Below are positions 21,066 through 30,166 of a DNA stretch of 64,000 bases, piece by piece. A program made the translations under genes and the position numbers. The DNA comes from Candidatus Thorarchaeota archaeon SMTZ1-45 (GTDB taxonomy: Archaea > Asgardarchaeota > Thorarchaeia > Thorarchaeales > Thorarchaeaceae). The notes under the pieces are model-generated. The model worked only from the letters and a program-made list of their open reading frames with translations, was not told where the DNA came from and ran no database searches. Positions within the stretch are counted from its first letter, which is position 1. Every line of letters begins with the position of its first letter. The stretch is from positions 1 through 64,000 of the forward strand of contig LRSL01000117.1 in assembly GCA_001563335.1 (NCBI GenBank), read 5' to 3'.

Positions 21066-21099
21066 GAATCTAATAATTATGTGAAACTGATAGAGCATT

Positions 21100-22566
21100 G
21101 TGGTGATGTACATGAATCAGGAAGAGATACAATTTCGTGAGGAGAGTGACTTGTTGGGCACTAGACTGGTCCCAAGAAACGCTTACTGGGGAATTCAGAC
21201 ACTACGAGCGCAGGAGAATTTTGGCGTTTCTCTTGTCCGTTTATTCAACTATTCGACGTTAGTTCAATCTATGGTGATGGTTAAGAAGGCTTGCACGCAA
21301 GCGAACCACAACCTTGGACATCTCATTGATGAGTATGCTGAAGCAATCATACAAGCTTGTGATGAAATCATTGCTGGAAATCTTGAAGATCAATTTGTTG
21401 TTGATATGCTTCAAGGAGGTGCTGGAACATCTACAAATATGTGTGCGAATGAAGTAATAGCTTCTCGAGCCAATGAGATTCTGGGTGAACCTAGAAACAC
21501 CCTGAGTCCAATATCTGCACTTGATCATGTAAATCTCTCCCAATCAACAAACGATGTCTATCCAACAGCAATCAAAATCGCTACAATCTATGGCCTTCGA
21601 GATTTATCAAACAATCTTCGGAGTCTTATCGACGCACTTGATGAGAAAGCTGACGAGTTCAAAGACATCCTAAAGCTAGGTCGTACTGAGATGCAGGATG
21701 CAGTTCCTATTACTCTTGGTCAAGAATTTGGAGCTTGGTCAGGAGCTTTAAAGAGAGACCTTCAGAGAATTGGCTGGGCTATAGACATTCTAAAGACACA
21801 CAATATTGGAGCAACAGCAATCGGGACTTCACTTAATGCTGATCCAGAATATATAGAACTTGCCGAGAAATACCTTAGAGAGATTACAGGAATTACAGAG
21901 CTTACAACATCAGAGAACCTTGTTGATGATACTCAAAACTCCGATGAGTTCGTTCATGCCTCTGGTTTGCTTAGAGTCATAGCAACAAATCTCTCGAAGA
22001 TTGCTGGAGACCTTATTCTACTCTCCTCTGGACCAATTGGTGGATTCCATGAAATTATACTTCCTCCAGTGCAACCGGGTTCGTCAATAATGCCAGGAAA
22101 AATCAACCCAGTGATTCCAGAAATGGTTACTCAGGTGGCTTTTCAGGTAATAGGCCATGATCTCGTTATTTCATTGGCTGCGCAATCTGGGCAACTTGAA
22201 CTCAATGCTTTTGAGCCTGTAATTGCCTACAACTTCTTCCAAGCTCTAAAAGTGTTGAAGAATTCAATCCCAATATTCACAGAGAAATGCGTGAAAGGAA
22301 TCAAACCGAATCATCTTGGGTTGGACATAGTTCATAGAAGCGTAGGCCTCGTCACAGCATTAAATCCAGTTATTGGATATAAGGCGACTTCTCAAGTGGC
22401 AAAGAAGGCATTAGATACTGGTCGACCAATCCGTGAAATAATCTTAGAAGAAGGTATATTGGATGCGGACTGGCTGGATGTTTTGCTTTCACCAAGAAGA
22501 ATGACTCAAGCTGGTATTGCAGGACACGAGCACAAGAAATCGCAGGATCATGATGATTCTAAGTAA
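21100..22566 (+). CDS. aspA: Aspartate ammonia-lyase
   Basis: QGGAGTSTNM, SQSTND, GRTEMQDA, GSSIMPGKINP, GQLELNAFEP. Confidence 0.9.
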   Translation: MVMYMNQEEIQFREESDLLGTRLVPRNAYWGIQTLRAQENFGVSLVRLFNYSTLVQSMVMVKKACTQANHNLGHLIDEYAEAIIQACDEIIAGNLEDQFVVDMLQGGAGTSTNMCANEVIASRANEILGEPRNTLSPISALDHVNLSQSTNDVYPTAIKIATIYGLRDLSNNLRSLIDALDEKADEFKDILKLGRTEMQDAVPITLGQEFGAWSGALKRDLQRIGWAIDILKTHNIGATAIGTSLNADPEYIELAEKYLREITGITELTTSENLVDDTQNSDEFVHASGLLRVIATNLSKIAGDLILLSSGPIGGFHEIILPPVQPGSSIMPGKINPVIPEMVTQVAFQVIGHDLVISLAAQSGQLELNAFEPVIAYNFFQALKVLKNSIPIFTEKCVKGIKPNHLGLDIVHRSVGLVTALNPVIGYKATSQVAKKALDTGRPIREIILEEGILDADWLDVLLSPRRMTQAGIAGHEHKKSQDHDDSK

Positions 22567-22575
22567 TAATGTTCA

Positions 22576-24201
22576 TCACGTATCCATTATCACATCATAT
22601 GCTATGTTGTCAGCATGGTCACCAATTCTTTCCAAATTTCTCAGCGTTTCGACAAACACAGTGTCTGCTTGAGGGTCACATATTCCCCTTCTGACACGTT
22701 CAACGTGGGATGCTTTCAATCTCCTCTCCAGAACATCAACTTGGTCTTCGAGCCTCTCTGCAACTTTCGCGAGGTCCTTATTCCTAGTCTTTAGAGAGTT
22801 GATAGCTGTTGTATAGGTTTCTTCCACAAGTTCAAACATTTCTGTTATGTCATCAGTTCCCTGTTGAGAGAAAGTGATTCCATTCTTCAACTTATCAAGC
22901 ACAAACTCAGCGATGTTCGAAGCAAGGTCTCCCACACGCTCAATGTCAGTGAGTATCGCCAGTAACTTTATTCGCCAAATTGTGTCTTCATGATTAAGCT
23001 CTTCTTCTCTGATTTTATCAATGAAATCTTCAGTACTCCTGCATCTCTCATCTACTTCTTCTTCAAGATTCATAACCTTTCTTGCATCTTCAAGGTCCTT
23101 CTTTAGAAGAGCAGTCTTGCTCAATGTGATCATTTCGATGGTTTTCTCTGCAGTACGGAGTGTTTCACGCTCAGACTCAAGAAGTGCAGCTTGGGGCAAA
23201 TGTAACATCTCATCATCAAAGTAGTGTCTGCCAATGACCTCTCCTTTCTTGTCAGGAATCAACTTTTCGCAGAATCGAACTAACAAACCCACAAAAGGAA
23301 TGAAAATCAAACTCACAATCACGTTGAATATTGTGTGAGCATTTGCTAGCTGGCGAGGAATATTTGTTAGATCCGGGTCTGTTAATTTCACTAAATCCGT
23401 AAAGCTTCCTAAGAATGGAAGAAAAATCACGACGCCTACAACATTAATCATAGTTTGAGCCATAGCAGTACGTTTTGCGGGAGAAGTGGCACCTATCGCT
23501 GCAAATAGCTCTAGGAAACAAGTTCCTATGTTGGCTCCCATCACAAGCGCAATCCCCGGGCCTAAATCGATTGCACCTGCTCTTCCCATTGCAATTACTA
23601 GACTTGTTGTAGCAGAGCTACTTTGAGTTACTCCTGCTATAAGTGCACCAATCATGATGCCTACTATTGGATTTGCTCCATATTCATTAATGAGTGTTCT
23701 AAAAAACGGATAATCTGATGTTAGATCTTCACCACCCATCTTCATGAAATCCATTGCCAAAAATAGGAGGCCAAGACTGAAAATAACAGTACCTGTAAGC
23801 TGAATCTTCTCATTCTTTGAGAACATTTTCATGAAGAATCCGATTGCCACAAGAGGCCAAAATGCCATACCAATATCAAAGGACACAAGCTGTGCTGTTA
23901 CAGTAGTTCCGATCTCAGATCCAAGCATGACATTCACTGATTGTCTAAATGTCATCATGCCTGCATTTACAAAACCAATCAAAGTAAGAACAGTGATACT
24001 CGAACTTTGCGTCATGAATGTTGCAGCAGTGCCTGCTCCCATTCCTTTGACTGGATTATTACTGACTTTTTCCAGAATTCGAACAACTCGTTTACCTGAA
24101 ATCTTCCCGAGTGTTTCTCGAAGAAGAGTTACACCATACATAAAAAGGGCAAGCCCGCCAATGATGTTGAAAGCAATCGTCAGTTCTTCCCACATTGCCA
24201 A
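22576..24201 (-). CDS. Na+/phosphate cotransporter with C-terminal PhoU domains
   Basis: Two QSSS repeats, GANIGT, and PhoU motifs DIERVGD and NLERIGDH. Confidence 0.92.
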   Translation of the reverse strand: MAMWEELTIAFNIIGGLALFMYGVTLLRETLGKISGKRVVRILEKVSNNPVKGMGAGTAATFMTQSSSITVLTLIGFVNAGMMTFRQSVNVMLGSEIGTTVTAQLVSFDIGMAFWPLVAIGFFMKMFSKNEKIQLTGTVIFSLGLLFLAMDFMKMGGEDLTSDYPFFRTLINEYGANPIVGIMIGALIAGVTQSSSATTSLVIAMGRAGAIDLGPGIALVMGANIGTCFLELFAAIGATSPAKRTAMAQTMINVVGVVIFLPFLGSFTDLVKLTDPDLTNIPRQLANAHTIFNVIVSLIFIPFVGLLVRFCEKLIPDKKGEVIGRHYFDDEMLHLPQAALLESERETLRTAEKTIEMITLSKTALLKKDLEDARKVMNLEEEVDERCRSTEDFIDKIREEELNHEDTIWRIKLLAILTDIERVGDLASNIAEFVLDKLKNGITFSQQGTDDITEMFELVEETYTTAINSLKTRNKDLAKVAERLEDQVDVLERRLKASHVERVRRGICDPQADTVFVETLRNLERIGDHADNIAYDVIMDT

Positions 24202-24271
24202 CGGGTGTGCTACCCCTCATATGCTACATATGAATCTTGTGAGCAATCAATTATGGTTCAAAAAGATTTGA

Positions 24272-24296
24272 TGCTCCGAGAAGATCTTCCGGAGCT
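24272..24296. terminator. Intergenic hairpin downstream of the NIF3-like gene
   Basis: gctccgagaagatcttccggagc imperfect inverted repeat. Confidence 0.35.
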
Positions 24297-24309
24297 CAAG
24301 TTTGGAATA

Positions 24310-25263
24310 CTAACTTCTCCTATGGCGTGTGAAACCTGAGCATGCATAGGACTTGATGCCTTCTTTTTCAAGTTCGTCAAGAATCAAGTTCATCCCGATT
24401 GAATCCGAGCTATCATGCCCTGCAATTACAACATAGAGGCCTTCGTCTTCACATGCTTTCTTGAGGTTTTCAGGCATATGCATTGTAACTATTGTACTTA
24501 CTCCTGCACTTGCTAATTTTGGAATTGATTTTGGCCCTGCAGAGGTCCCCCCGGTGAAGAAGACAAACTTTTCTCCTACACTCCCGTTAGAGTTACCAAC
24601 TAGAATCTCTGGTCCTGCGCCAACTTTCTCCGCTTCTTGGTATTCAGGAATCTCAAGGAGCGAGTTCACCAGGTCGCCCAAGGTTTGGGGATTATTCTCC
24701 TTAAGATACTTGTTTAGAAATTGATAGCCAAGTGAGTCTGCTGGGGTATGTGCGCACATGAATGGCATGTCAATCAACCTTGCAGCATCTATTGATTGTG
24801 TGTGGTTTCTTGCTTTGAAGTTGAAATGCACCTCTTTCATTCTTGTAGCCATTGCTGACTCTGCTTGAGCGATAGGTACACCTACAGCAGCCCACTGCTC
24901 CGGCTGAATGTTCATGACATAATCTAATTTTGACATCCCAATCCCGTGTGGATGATGAGCAAGAACCAGATCCACTTCTTCGCCCTTCTGTGTGAGGGTG
25001 TCTGCAAGAAGAATCTCACCTGTTCCTATGTCAATACCGCAGAGTAAACTAGTTACTTCTCTATCTTTATCTCCATATAGAAGTCTGCAGTCTGTATACG
25101 GATTCCAGATGACGTCTTTATCTGCTAGTTCCTTTTTTTTCCCCTCAAGCTTTTCTAGATCCTTTTTCGACTTTTCCAGAATCTGATTGACCCTTTCCCT
25201 CCCTCTAGGATCAGCATCAATTCCCATTTCCACTATCTTTCGATAAATATCACCTAGTTTCAT
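24310..25263 (-). CDS. NIF3-like (NGG1p-interacting factor 3) dinuclear metal protein
   Basis: GID, AHHP, HTPAD, MHM, AGH..SD motifs. Confidence 0.85.
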   Translation of the reverse strand: MKLGDIYRKIVEMGIDADPRGRERVNQILEKSKKDLEKLEGKKKELADKDVIWNPYTDCRLLYGDKDREVTSLLCGIDIGTGEILLADTLTQKGEEVDLVLAHHPHGIGMSKLDYVMNIQPEQWAAVGVPIAQAESAMATRMKEVHFNFKARNHTQSIDAARLIDMPFMCAHTPADSLGYQFLNKYLKENNPQTLGDLVNSLLEIPEYQEAEKVGAGPEILVGNSNGSVGEKFVFFTGGTSAGPKSIPKLASAGVSTIVTMHMPENLKKACEDEGLYVVIAGHDSSDSIGMNLILDELEKEGIKSYACSGFTRHRRS

Positions 25264-25346
25264 GTTTTTGAAATAATTTATCTCCGGTTTGAACCTTTCG
25301 AAAAACGCTAGAATGGGCCCGAGTTAATCAGATACATGTGTTTTGC

Positions 25347-26366
25347 CTAATATCCACGTTCAAGGTCTACTATGTTCAGAAAATCTGTTCGTCCTTGCGT
25401 AAATCGAGTGATGTTTTCTATCACCTCATCCCAACGTTCAAGATCATCCATTGGTGATGCTCCTCGGTGTGGTGATAGGACAACATTGTCAAGTTCATGG
25501 AATGGGTAATGAAATGGGTATCTTCTGTCCTCTTCACCTGGTTCTGGTTGATACTCATACCAAACATCAATTGCAGCGCCTGCAATAATTCTCTCAGACA
25601 ATACCTTGAACAGCGCGTATTCATCTATTACAGGACCTCGAGAAATGTTCACAACAAGTCCATCGTTCCCCAAAAGTTCCAGTTCTTTTAAACCAATTAA
25701 TCCTAGGGTTTCTGGAGTTTGTGGTACAGCAACTATTAGTGTGTCAATCTCACGAAGGAACTCACTTAGTTGAGATGCTTTATATTTTATTGCAGTTGTT
25801 GGAAGATCCTCTGTTTTTCCTTGCCAGCTGTTTCTACAAATGAAGAAATCAACGTTGAATCCAGAAAGGAATCTGTGCACTTTTTGATTTACAGCTCCAT
25901 AACCAAGGAAACCGATATTTCGGTATCTCAAAGGTTTGGACTTGCCATAGTTATCGCCTCTTCTCCAGAGACCATCAACCATCCAATTATGGTGCCGGAT
26001 GATTTTGTTTGTTAAAGCAAGTAGCAAAGCCACTGCATGTTGAGCAGTGAAATAGGTGTTACCATGTCCATTGACAAGAACTACATCTCTTTTCTCAACT
26101 AGCTCTTTAAATGGTTCAATATGGTGTTGAACACCAACTCCTGGATTAATGAATAGACTAAGATTCTCAGCTGAATAAAGAAACTCTCTAGTTGGACGCC
26201 ATCCAACGACAATATCAGCTTTTGGAGCATGCCTAAGATACACTTCTTCTGTTTCTTCCTCTGGAAATATCAAATTCAGATTCTTGAGGTTGTCAAGACC
26301 TCTCCGGAGATAGTCTTCTAATTCTTTTTGTGGCTTCCAGATAAAAAGAACATTAATTACTCTCAT
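25347..26366 (-). CDS. D-isomer-specific 2-hydroxyacid dehydrogenase
   Basis: GYGAVN Rossmann motif, VNISRG, IDVWYEY, LSPHRGA. Confidence 0.88.
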   Translation of the reverse strand: MRVINVLFIWKPQKELEDYLRRGLDNLKNLNLIFPEEETEEVYLRHAPKADIVVGWRPTREFLYSAENLSLFINPGVGVQHHIEPFKELVEKRDVVLVNGHGNTYFTAQHAVALLLALTNKIIRHHNWMVDGLWRRGDNYGKSKPLRYRNIGFLGYGAVNQKVHRFLSGFNVDFFICRNSWQGKTEDLPTTAIKYKASQLSEFLREIDTLIVAVPQTPETLGLIGLKELELLGNDGLVVNISRGPVIDEYALFKVLSERIIAGAAIDVWYEYQPEPGEEDRRYPFHYPFHELDNVVLSPHRGASPMDDLERWDEVIENITRFTQGRTDFLNIVDLERGY

Positions 26367-26466
26367 GAAGAAAATCCACCCTAAGTCACCTTAATAGCTC
26401 TTCTGCATCTATTATTTTTGAGCCATGGCAAAAAAGTCAGCTTTTCTTTCCAATGATTAAATAATG

Positions 26467-26590
26467 ATTACAAATTATAACTATCAATTACAAAAAGTAA
26501 CTCAAACTACTATTATTTTAAACATCAAGTAATCATTAGAATTATTATGAATTAAGTGTATTATATACCAATTATTACATCTTGTAACCA
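26467..26590. promoter_or_regulatory. AT-rich divergent promoter region with repeated TTAC-N5-GTAA palindromic boxes
   Basis: ttacaaattataa (26468), ttacaaaaagtaa (26488) and ttacatcttgtaa (26575). Inverted pair taatgattac/gtaatcatta. Confidence 0.5.
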
Positions 26591-26619
26591 TCACTTATTA
26601 CAAGAGGAGGAGAGATTGT

Positions 26620-27432
26620 ATGGGAAAAGCATTCTCTGTGGTATCATGGAATGTGAAACATTTCAAGTCCCCGAAAGCAAGAGCAAATAGAGCTGTGTCT
26701 TTTCTTAAGTCGCAGGACGCTGATATCATTGCACTTTATGAGCTATTTGGAAAGGATGTCTTTGCTGAAATGGTGAAGGAGTTTCCTGGGTATTCATTTT
26801 ATATAACTGAGGGAAAAAGCTCCCAAGAGATTCTCCTTGGTGTCCGAAATAATCTTGATGCATTCATTACTCAGAAGCTTGAGTTCTCATCTGGAACGAC
26901 TCATATTAGTCCAGGCCTCTTAGCGACAATTATCCATGATGGAAGTCTATATCCAATGCTCTTTATGAACTTGAATAGTGCACCAACGACTCAAGGAATG
27001 GGGCTTCGCCACGAAATGATGGAAAGAGCATTCAAGTATCGCCAACGTTTAGACAAACTTGCATGGGAAGTTGGAGACCCTAAAGTAAACTATATCTTCC
27101 TTGGAGATCTCGAAACTATGGGTATGAACCATCCCTATGGTAGGAGTATTGATGCTTACACTGAGCTTCGCAAGTGGGATGATGAAGAGTGTAAAAAATA
27201 CAACATGCGTCGACTACGAAAGTCACATGACCTTACTTACAGAAGTTGCGATGGCAAACAAGAGGGTGACTATGACCATGTCTATGTGGCAGAGCACCTA
27301 AGTTTTACAAAGTTTGGCGATGCTGAAGTAGATGTAAGAGGCTGGGTAACAGAACCTGAAGACTCACAAAAAGAATGGCGTGAGAAGTACTCCCCGCACT
27401 CTTTGATATACTTTGAAGTTCACAAGGTTTGA
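26620..27432 (+). CDS. Exonuclease/endonuclease/phosphatase (EEP) family protein, degenerate active site
   Basis: SWNV, ALYE, LGDLE, YDHVY, SPHSLI motifs. GAGGAGG RBS. Confidence 0.8.
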   Translation: MGKAFSVVSWNVKHFKSPKARANRAVSFLKSQDADIIALYELFGKDVFAEMVKEFPGYSFYITEGKSSQEILLGVRNNLDAFITQKLEFSSGTTHISPGLLATIIHDGSLYPMLFMNLNSAPTTQGMGLRHEMMERAFKYRQRLDKLAWEVGDPKVNYIFLGDLETMGMNHPYGRSIDAYTELRKWDDEECKKYNMRRLRKSHDLTYRSCDGKQEGDYDHVYVAEHLSFTKFGDAEVDVRGWVTEPEDSQKEWREKYSPHSLIYFEVHKV

Positions 27433-27449
27433 GGACAAAATAAAGGAAA

Positions 27450-27466
27450 GGGAGCTATCAGCTCCC
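27450..27466. terminator. Hairpin between convergent genes
   Basis: gggagct-atc-agctccc, perfect 7-bp stem. Confidence 0.45.
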
Positions 27467-27487
27467 ATCCAATACGAGATTAAATGA

Positions 27488-27841
27488 CTATCTTGCGAAT
27501 TCCCATTGTCGACTTCTTGAAATGGCATCACGTTTTCGCTCTACCTTTTCGACATAATAGTCAGATTCACGAGATTTGTCAAATAGCGATTTCTTTTCAA
27601 GAGACTCCTCATACTTTGAGTGCATCCAATCAAGCAGATACACCTCTGATGGTAGAATTAAAATCACTAACCCGGGGATCCATAATAGCGGTAACAGTAG
27701 TGTCACTGCAAGAAGCATACCTCCAATTATCCACAAATGTTTTGATAGAGTCAACCCTTGACCTAGTTGCGAATAAGAGATTTGCTTGATTCTTGCTGAC
27801 AGTTCAAGAATAAGCCTCTTGTTATGCTTTTTTTCTTGCAT
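27488..27841 (-). CDS. Hypothetical small membrane protein
   Basis: 117 aa with a central hydrophobic hairpin. Confidence 0.5.
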   Translation of the reverse strand: MQEKKHNKRLILELSARIKQISYSQLGQGLTLSKHLWIIGGMLLAVTLLLPLLWIPGLVILILPSEVYLLDWMHSKYEESLEKKSLFDKSRESDYYVEKVERKRDAISRSRQWEFAR

Positions 27842-28052
27842 CTGATTTCACAGCCTCTCTCTCTGGTACTATTGCGGTTTTCGTCGCAATCATTTTTTTT
27901 GAGATATATACTATTACACAAATAATGTAATAAGTATTACTATTACATGATACATTCCTATGAGCGGCAACGAACTTCTTCTCTCTTATAAGAAAGCTAA
28001 AACTACGCACAGGCGAAATAAGAAAAGTACCTTTTCTTGAGATATTATAAGC

Positions 28053-29294
28053 ATGTCAATCTCTCCTACAAAATTACGGTATATTGAAAAAATTCATCTC
28101 ATTAGTCGTGATGCTCGATTCACAATTGCCTCCTGGGCATTGTGGGCTTTCGGATTTGGGATAAACGACGTTTTATTCAACTTATATCTCCTTGAGGCTG
28201 GTTTTGGCGAGGACTTCCTAGGATTCTTCCTCTCAATCGCTATGTTTCTGGCTGGCAGCCTCGCAATTCTTGCAGGAATGGTTGCAGATCGATACTCCCG
28301 TAAAAGGATCCTTCTTATGGGTAGCGTAATTATGCTGTTTGCGATACTAATTCAGTACTCTTCTTTGAATCCAATTCACCTCTTAACTTCTCAACTTCTC
28401 TATGGTATCGGCTTTGGATTTAGTGGTGTTTGTTGGCAGCCCTATACAGTAAGTGTCACAACTCGGGAAGAACGGGTACATGTATTCAGTGTTCGTTTTG
28501 CTCTGTACTTAGTAGCAAGTCTTTTGGGGTCTCTTACTGGTGGTGTCTTGCCAACAGTATGGACTAATCTTGGTTTTGCAGTAAATCTTCTCACAGCATA
28601 CAGATTATCACTATGGACTGCTCTGATTCCTCTTACATTTGGAGTACTAATAATCATCCCCATGTCAACAGACCGAGTCCAAAACAATCATCGGTTTGGT
28701 TTCGGAAACATCCATAATCGTGCATTCATAGGTAAGTACGCCTTAGCATGGTCAGTTTCCGGATTAGGCGCTGGCTTGTTTGTGCAGTTCTTCAATGTCT
28801 ACTTCAATCTCGCATTCAATGTTGATGAAATGACAATTGGATTCATCTTTGCAATCAATACACTTGTAATGGCCGCTGGGAATTTTGCATCACCAGCAAT
28901 TGTGGATCGCATAGGCAAACTTGGTACCATCATATGGTTCCAGACACTATCAATTCCTTTTCTTGTAACTCTCTCTTGGTCACCTGTCCTGTCCATAGCA
29001 GTCATCGGGTATGTAGGTCGTGCTTTATTCATGAACATCGCATGGCCAGTAATGGATGTCTTCTATATGGAGGGACTAGAAAAGGAGGAACGGTCAACTG
29101 CAATGGGCGTGATCAATATGGGTGACTCTCTAAGCCGAGCAGTAGGTCTTAATATTGGTGGTTGGCTACTTGCCTCCGGATTTCTTAGATTACCTTTCGC
29201 TTTTGCAGCTATATTATATTCTGGCAGCATTGTGCTGTTCTATTGGTTCTTTGGAAGAGCTGATAAAGAACCTATGATAGAAAGTCAGGTTTGA
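28053..29294 (+). CDS. MFS transporter
   Basis: About 12 TM helices. Motif A GMVADRYSRK, repeated as IVDRIGK. Confidence 0.92.
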   Translation: MSISPTKLRYIEKIHLISRDARFTIASWALWAFGFGINDVLFNLYLLEAGFGEDFLGFFLSIAMFLAGSLAILAGMVADRYSRKRILLMGSVIMLFAILIQYSSLNPIHLLTSQLLYGIGFGFSGVCWQPYTVSVTTREERVHVFSVRFALYLVASLLGSLTGGVLPTVWTNLGFAVNLLTAYRLSLWTALIPLTFGVLIIIPMSTDRVQNNHRFGFGNIHNRAFIGKYALAWSVSGLGAGLFVQFFNVYFNLAFNVDEMTIGFIFAINTLVMAAGNFASPAIVDRIGKLGTIIWFQTLSIPFLVTLSWSPVLSIAVIGYVGRALFMNIAWPVMDVFYMEGLEKEERSTAMGVINMGDSLSRAVGLNIGGWLLASGFLRLPFAFAAILYSGSIVLFYWFFGRADKEPMIESQV

Positions 29295-29306
29295 CAACTC
29301 TTAGTA

Positions 29307-29335
29307 GGAGGGGTAGACCTTCCATCAACCCCTCC
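29307..29335. terminator. GC-rich hairpin between convergent transcription units
   Basis: ggaggggt...acccctcc 8-bp stem. Confidence 0.5.
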
Positions 29336-29374
29336 GTGATTTACTCTAGAGAATAGTGCTTACTGTTGTCTGAA

Positions 29375-29845
29375 TTAGCTTATCTGGAGGTAACATACGA
29401 TGAACATTCCACCTGCATCGAAGCCAAGAGTGCCAATTGTGTGTATTTGTCGTCCATCAAGGTTTGACCAATCATCGGAAGTGTCTGTGATATGTCCGTT
29501 TATCACGGATTGGCCTATATCATAGACGAATATTCTTTTGTGGGTCCCTCGAATATCTACTATGCCTTCATATAAGTCAAAGTCTATCCACCATTCTCCT
29601 CAGAATCTATTTACTCCTCCTAGATCTATCGCGTCGTGGTTATCCCAATAGATTGTACCTACCTCATCATCATGGGTCGTTATGACTCCAGTCCACTCAA
29701 CTGGATTTACTTGACTCCGAGTTCAGTAAATCTTACTCTGCCATCTGTATACTGAGAATCCTTTCTTTGCATCCACAGGCACCGCAGAAACCAGAGCCAC
29801 TAGGAAGATTATACTGATTACAGCAACACCTATTCTCTTTGACAT
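29375..29845 (-). pseudogene. Secreted beta-rich protein frame interrupted by two in-frame TGA codons (pseudogene or recoded gene)
   Basis: GGAGGTGA RBS and signal peptide MSKRIGVAVISIIFLVALVSAVPVDA. 156-codon frame with TGA at 29723-29725 and 29600-29602, ending TAA. Confidence 0.7.
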
Positions 29846-30166
29846 ACTCATTACATTTCTCACCTCCCTACACGTGAGTGCCCTATAGTGTAACATAGCT
29901 AACTAATAAGACTCTCATTTAATTGAATAAGCTCGCACATTACAAAAATCGTGATAAACCACAGAATTGATGAGGTGTGGCCAGGACGCGGCAGAGCTCA
30001 ATGTGGTAGGAGGGGGGGAGTTATGTAAATGAGGGCATGTTACGAAAACTAGGCCCTACCGATTCTCTGACCACATATTTTCTTAGGAGCTCTGGCCTAT
30101 TAAGCTTGTTCTTCTGAGAAGAAAAGTACACCGTTATGCATGTTCACGCCAATCGCTATTCTCTGA

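Noticed and set aside
23831-24271. 146-aa plus-strand ORF and many other 60-130 aa overlapping ORFs
   Set aside because: They lie antisense or out of frame within well-supported genes and have no motifs or RBS.
27905-27950. tattaca...tgtaata inverted repeat and TATTAC repeats upstream of the MFS gene
   Set aside because: Short and in very AT-rich sequence, so it cannot be distinguished from chance.
29307-29335. Hairpin as a SECIS for the UGA-containing frame
   Set aside because: Short simple stem lacking a recognisable SECIS core. It sits between convergent genes like other terminator-like hairpins here.
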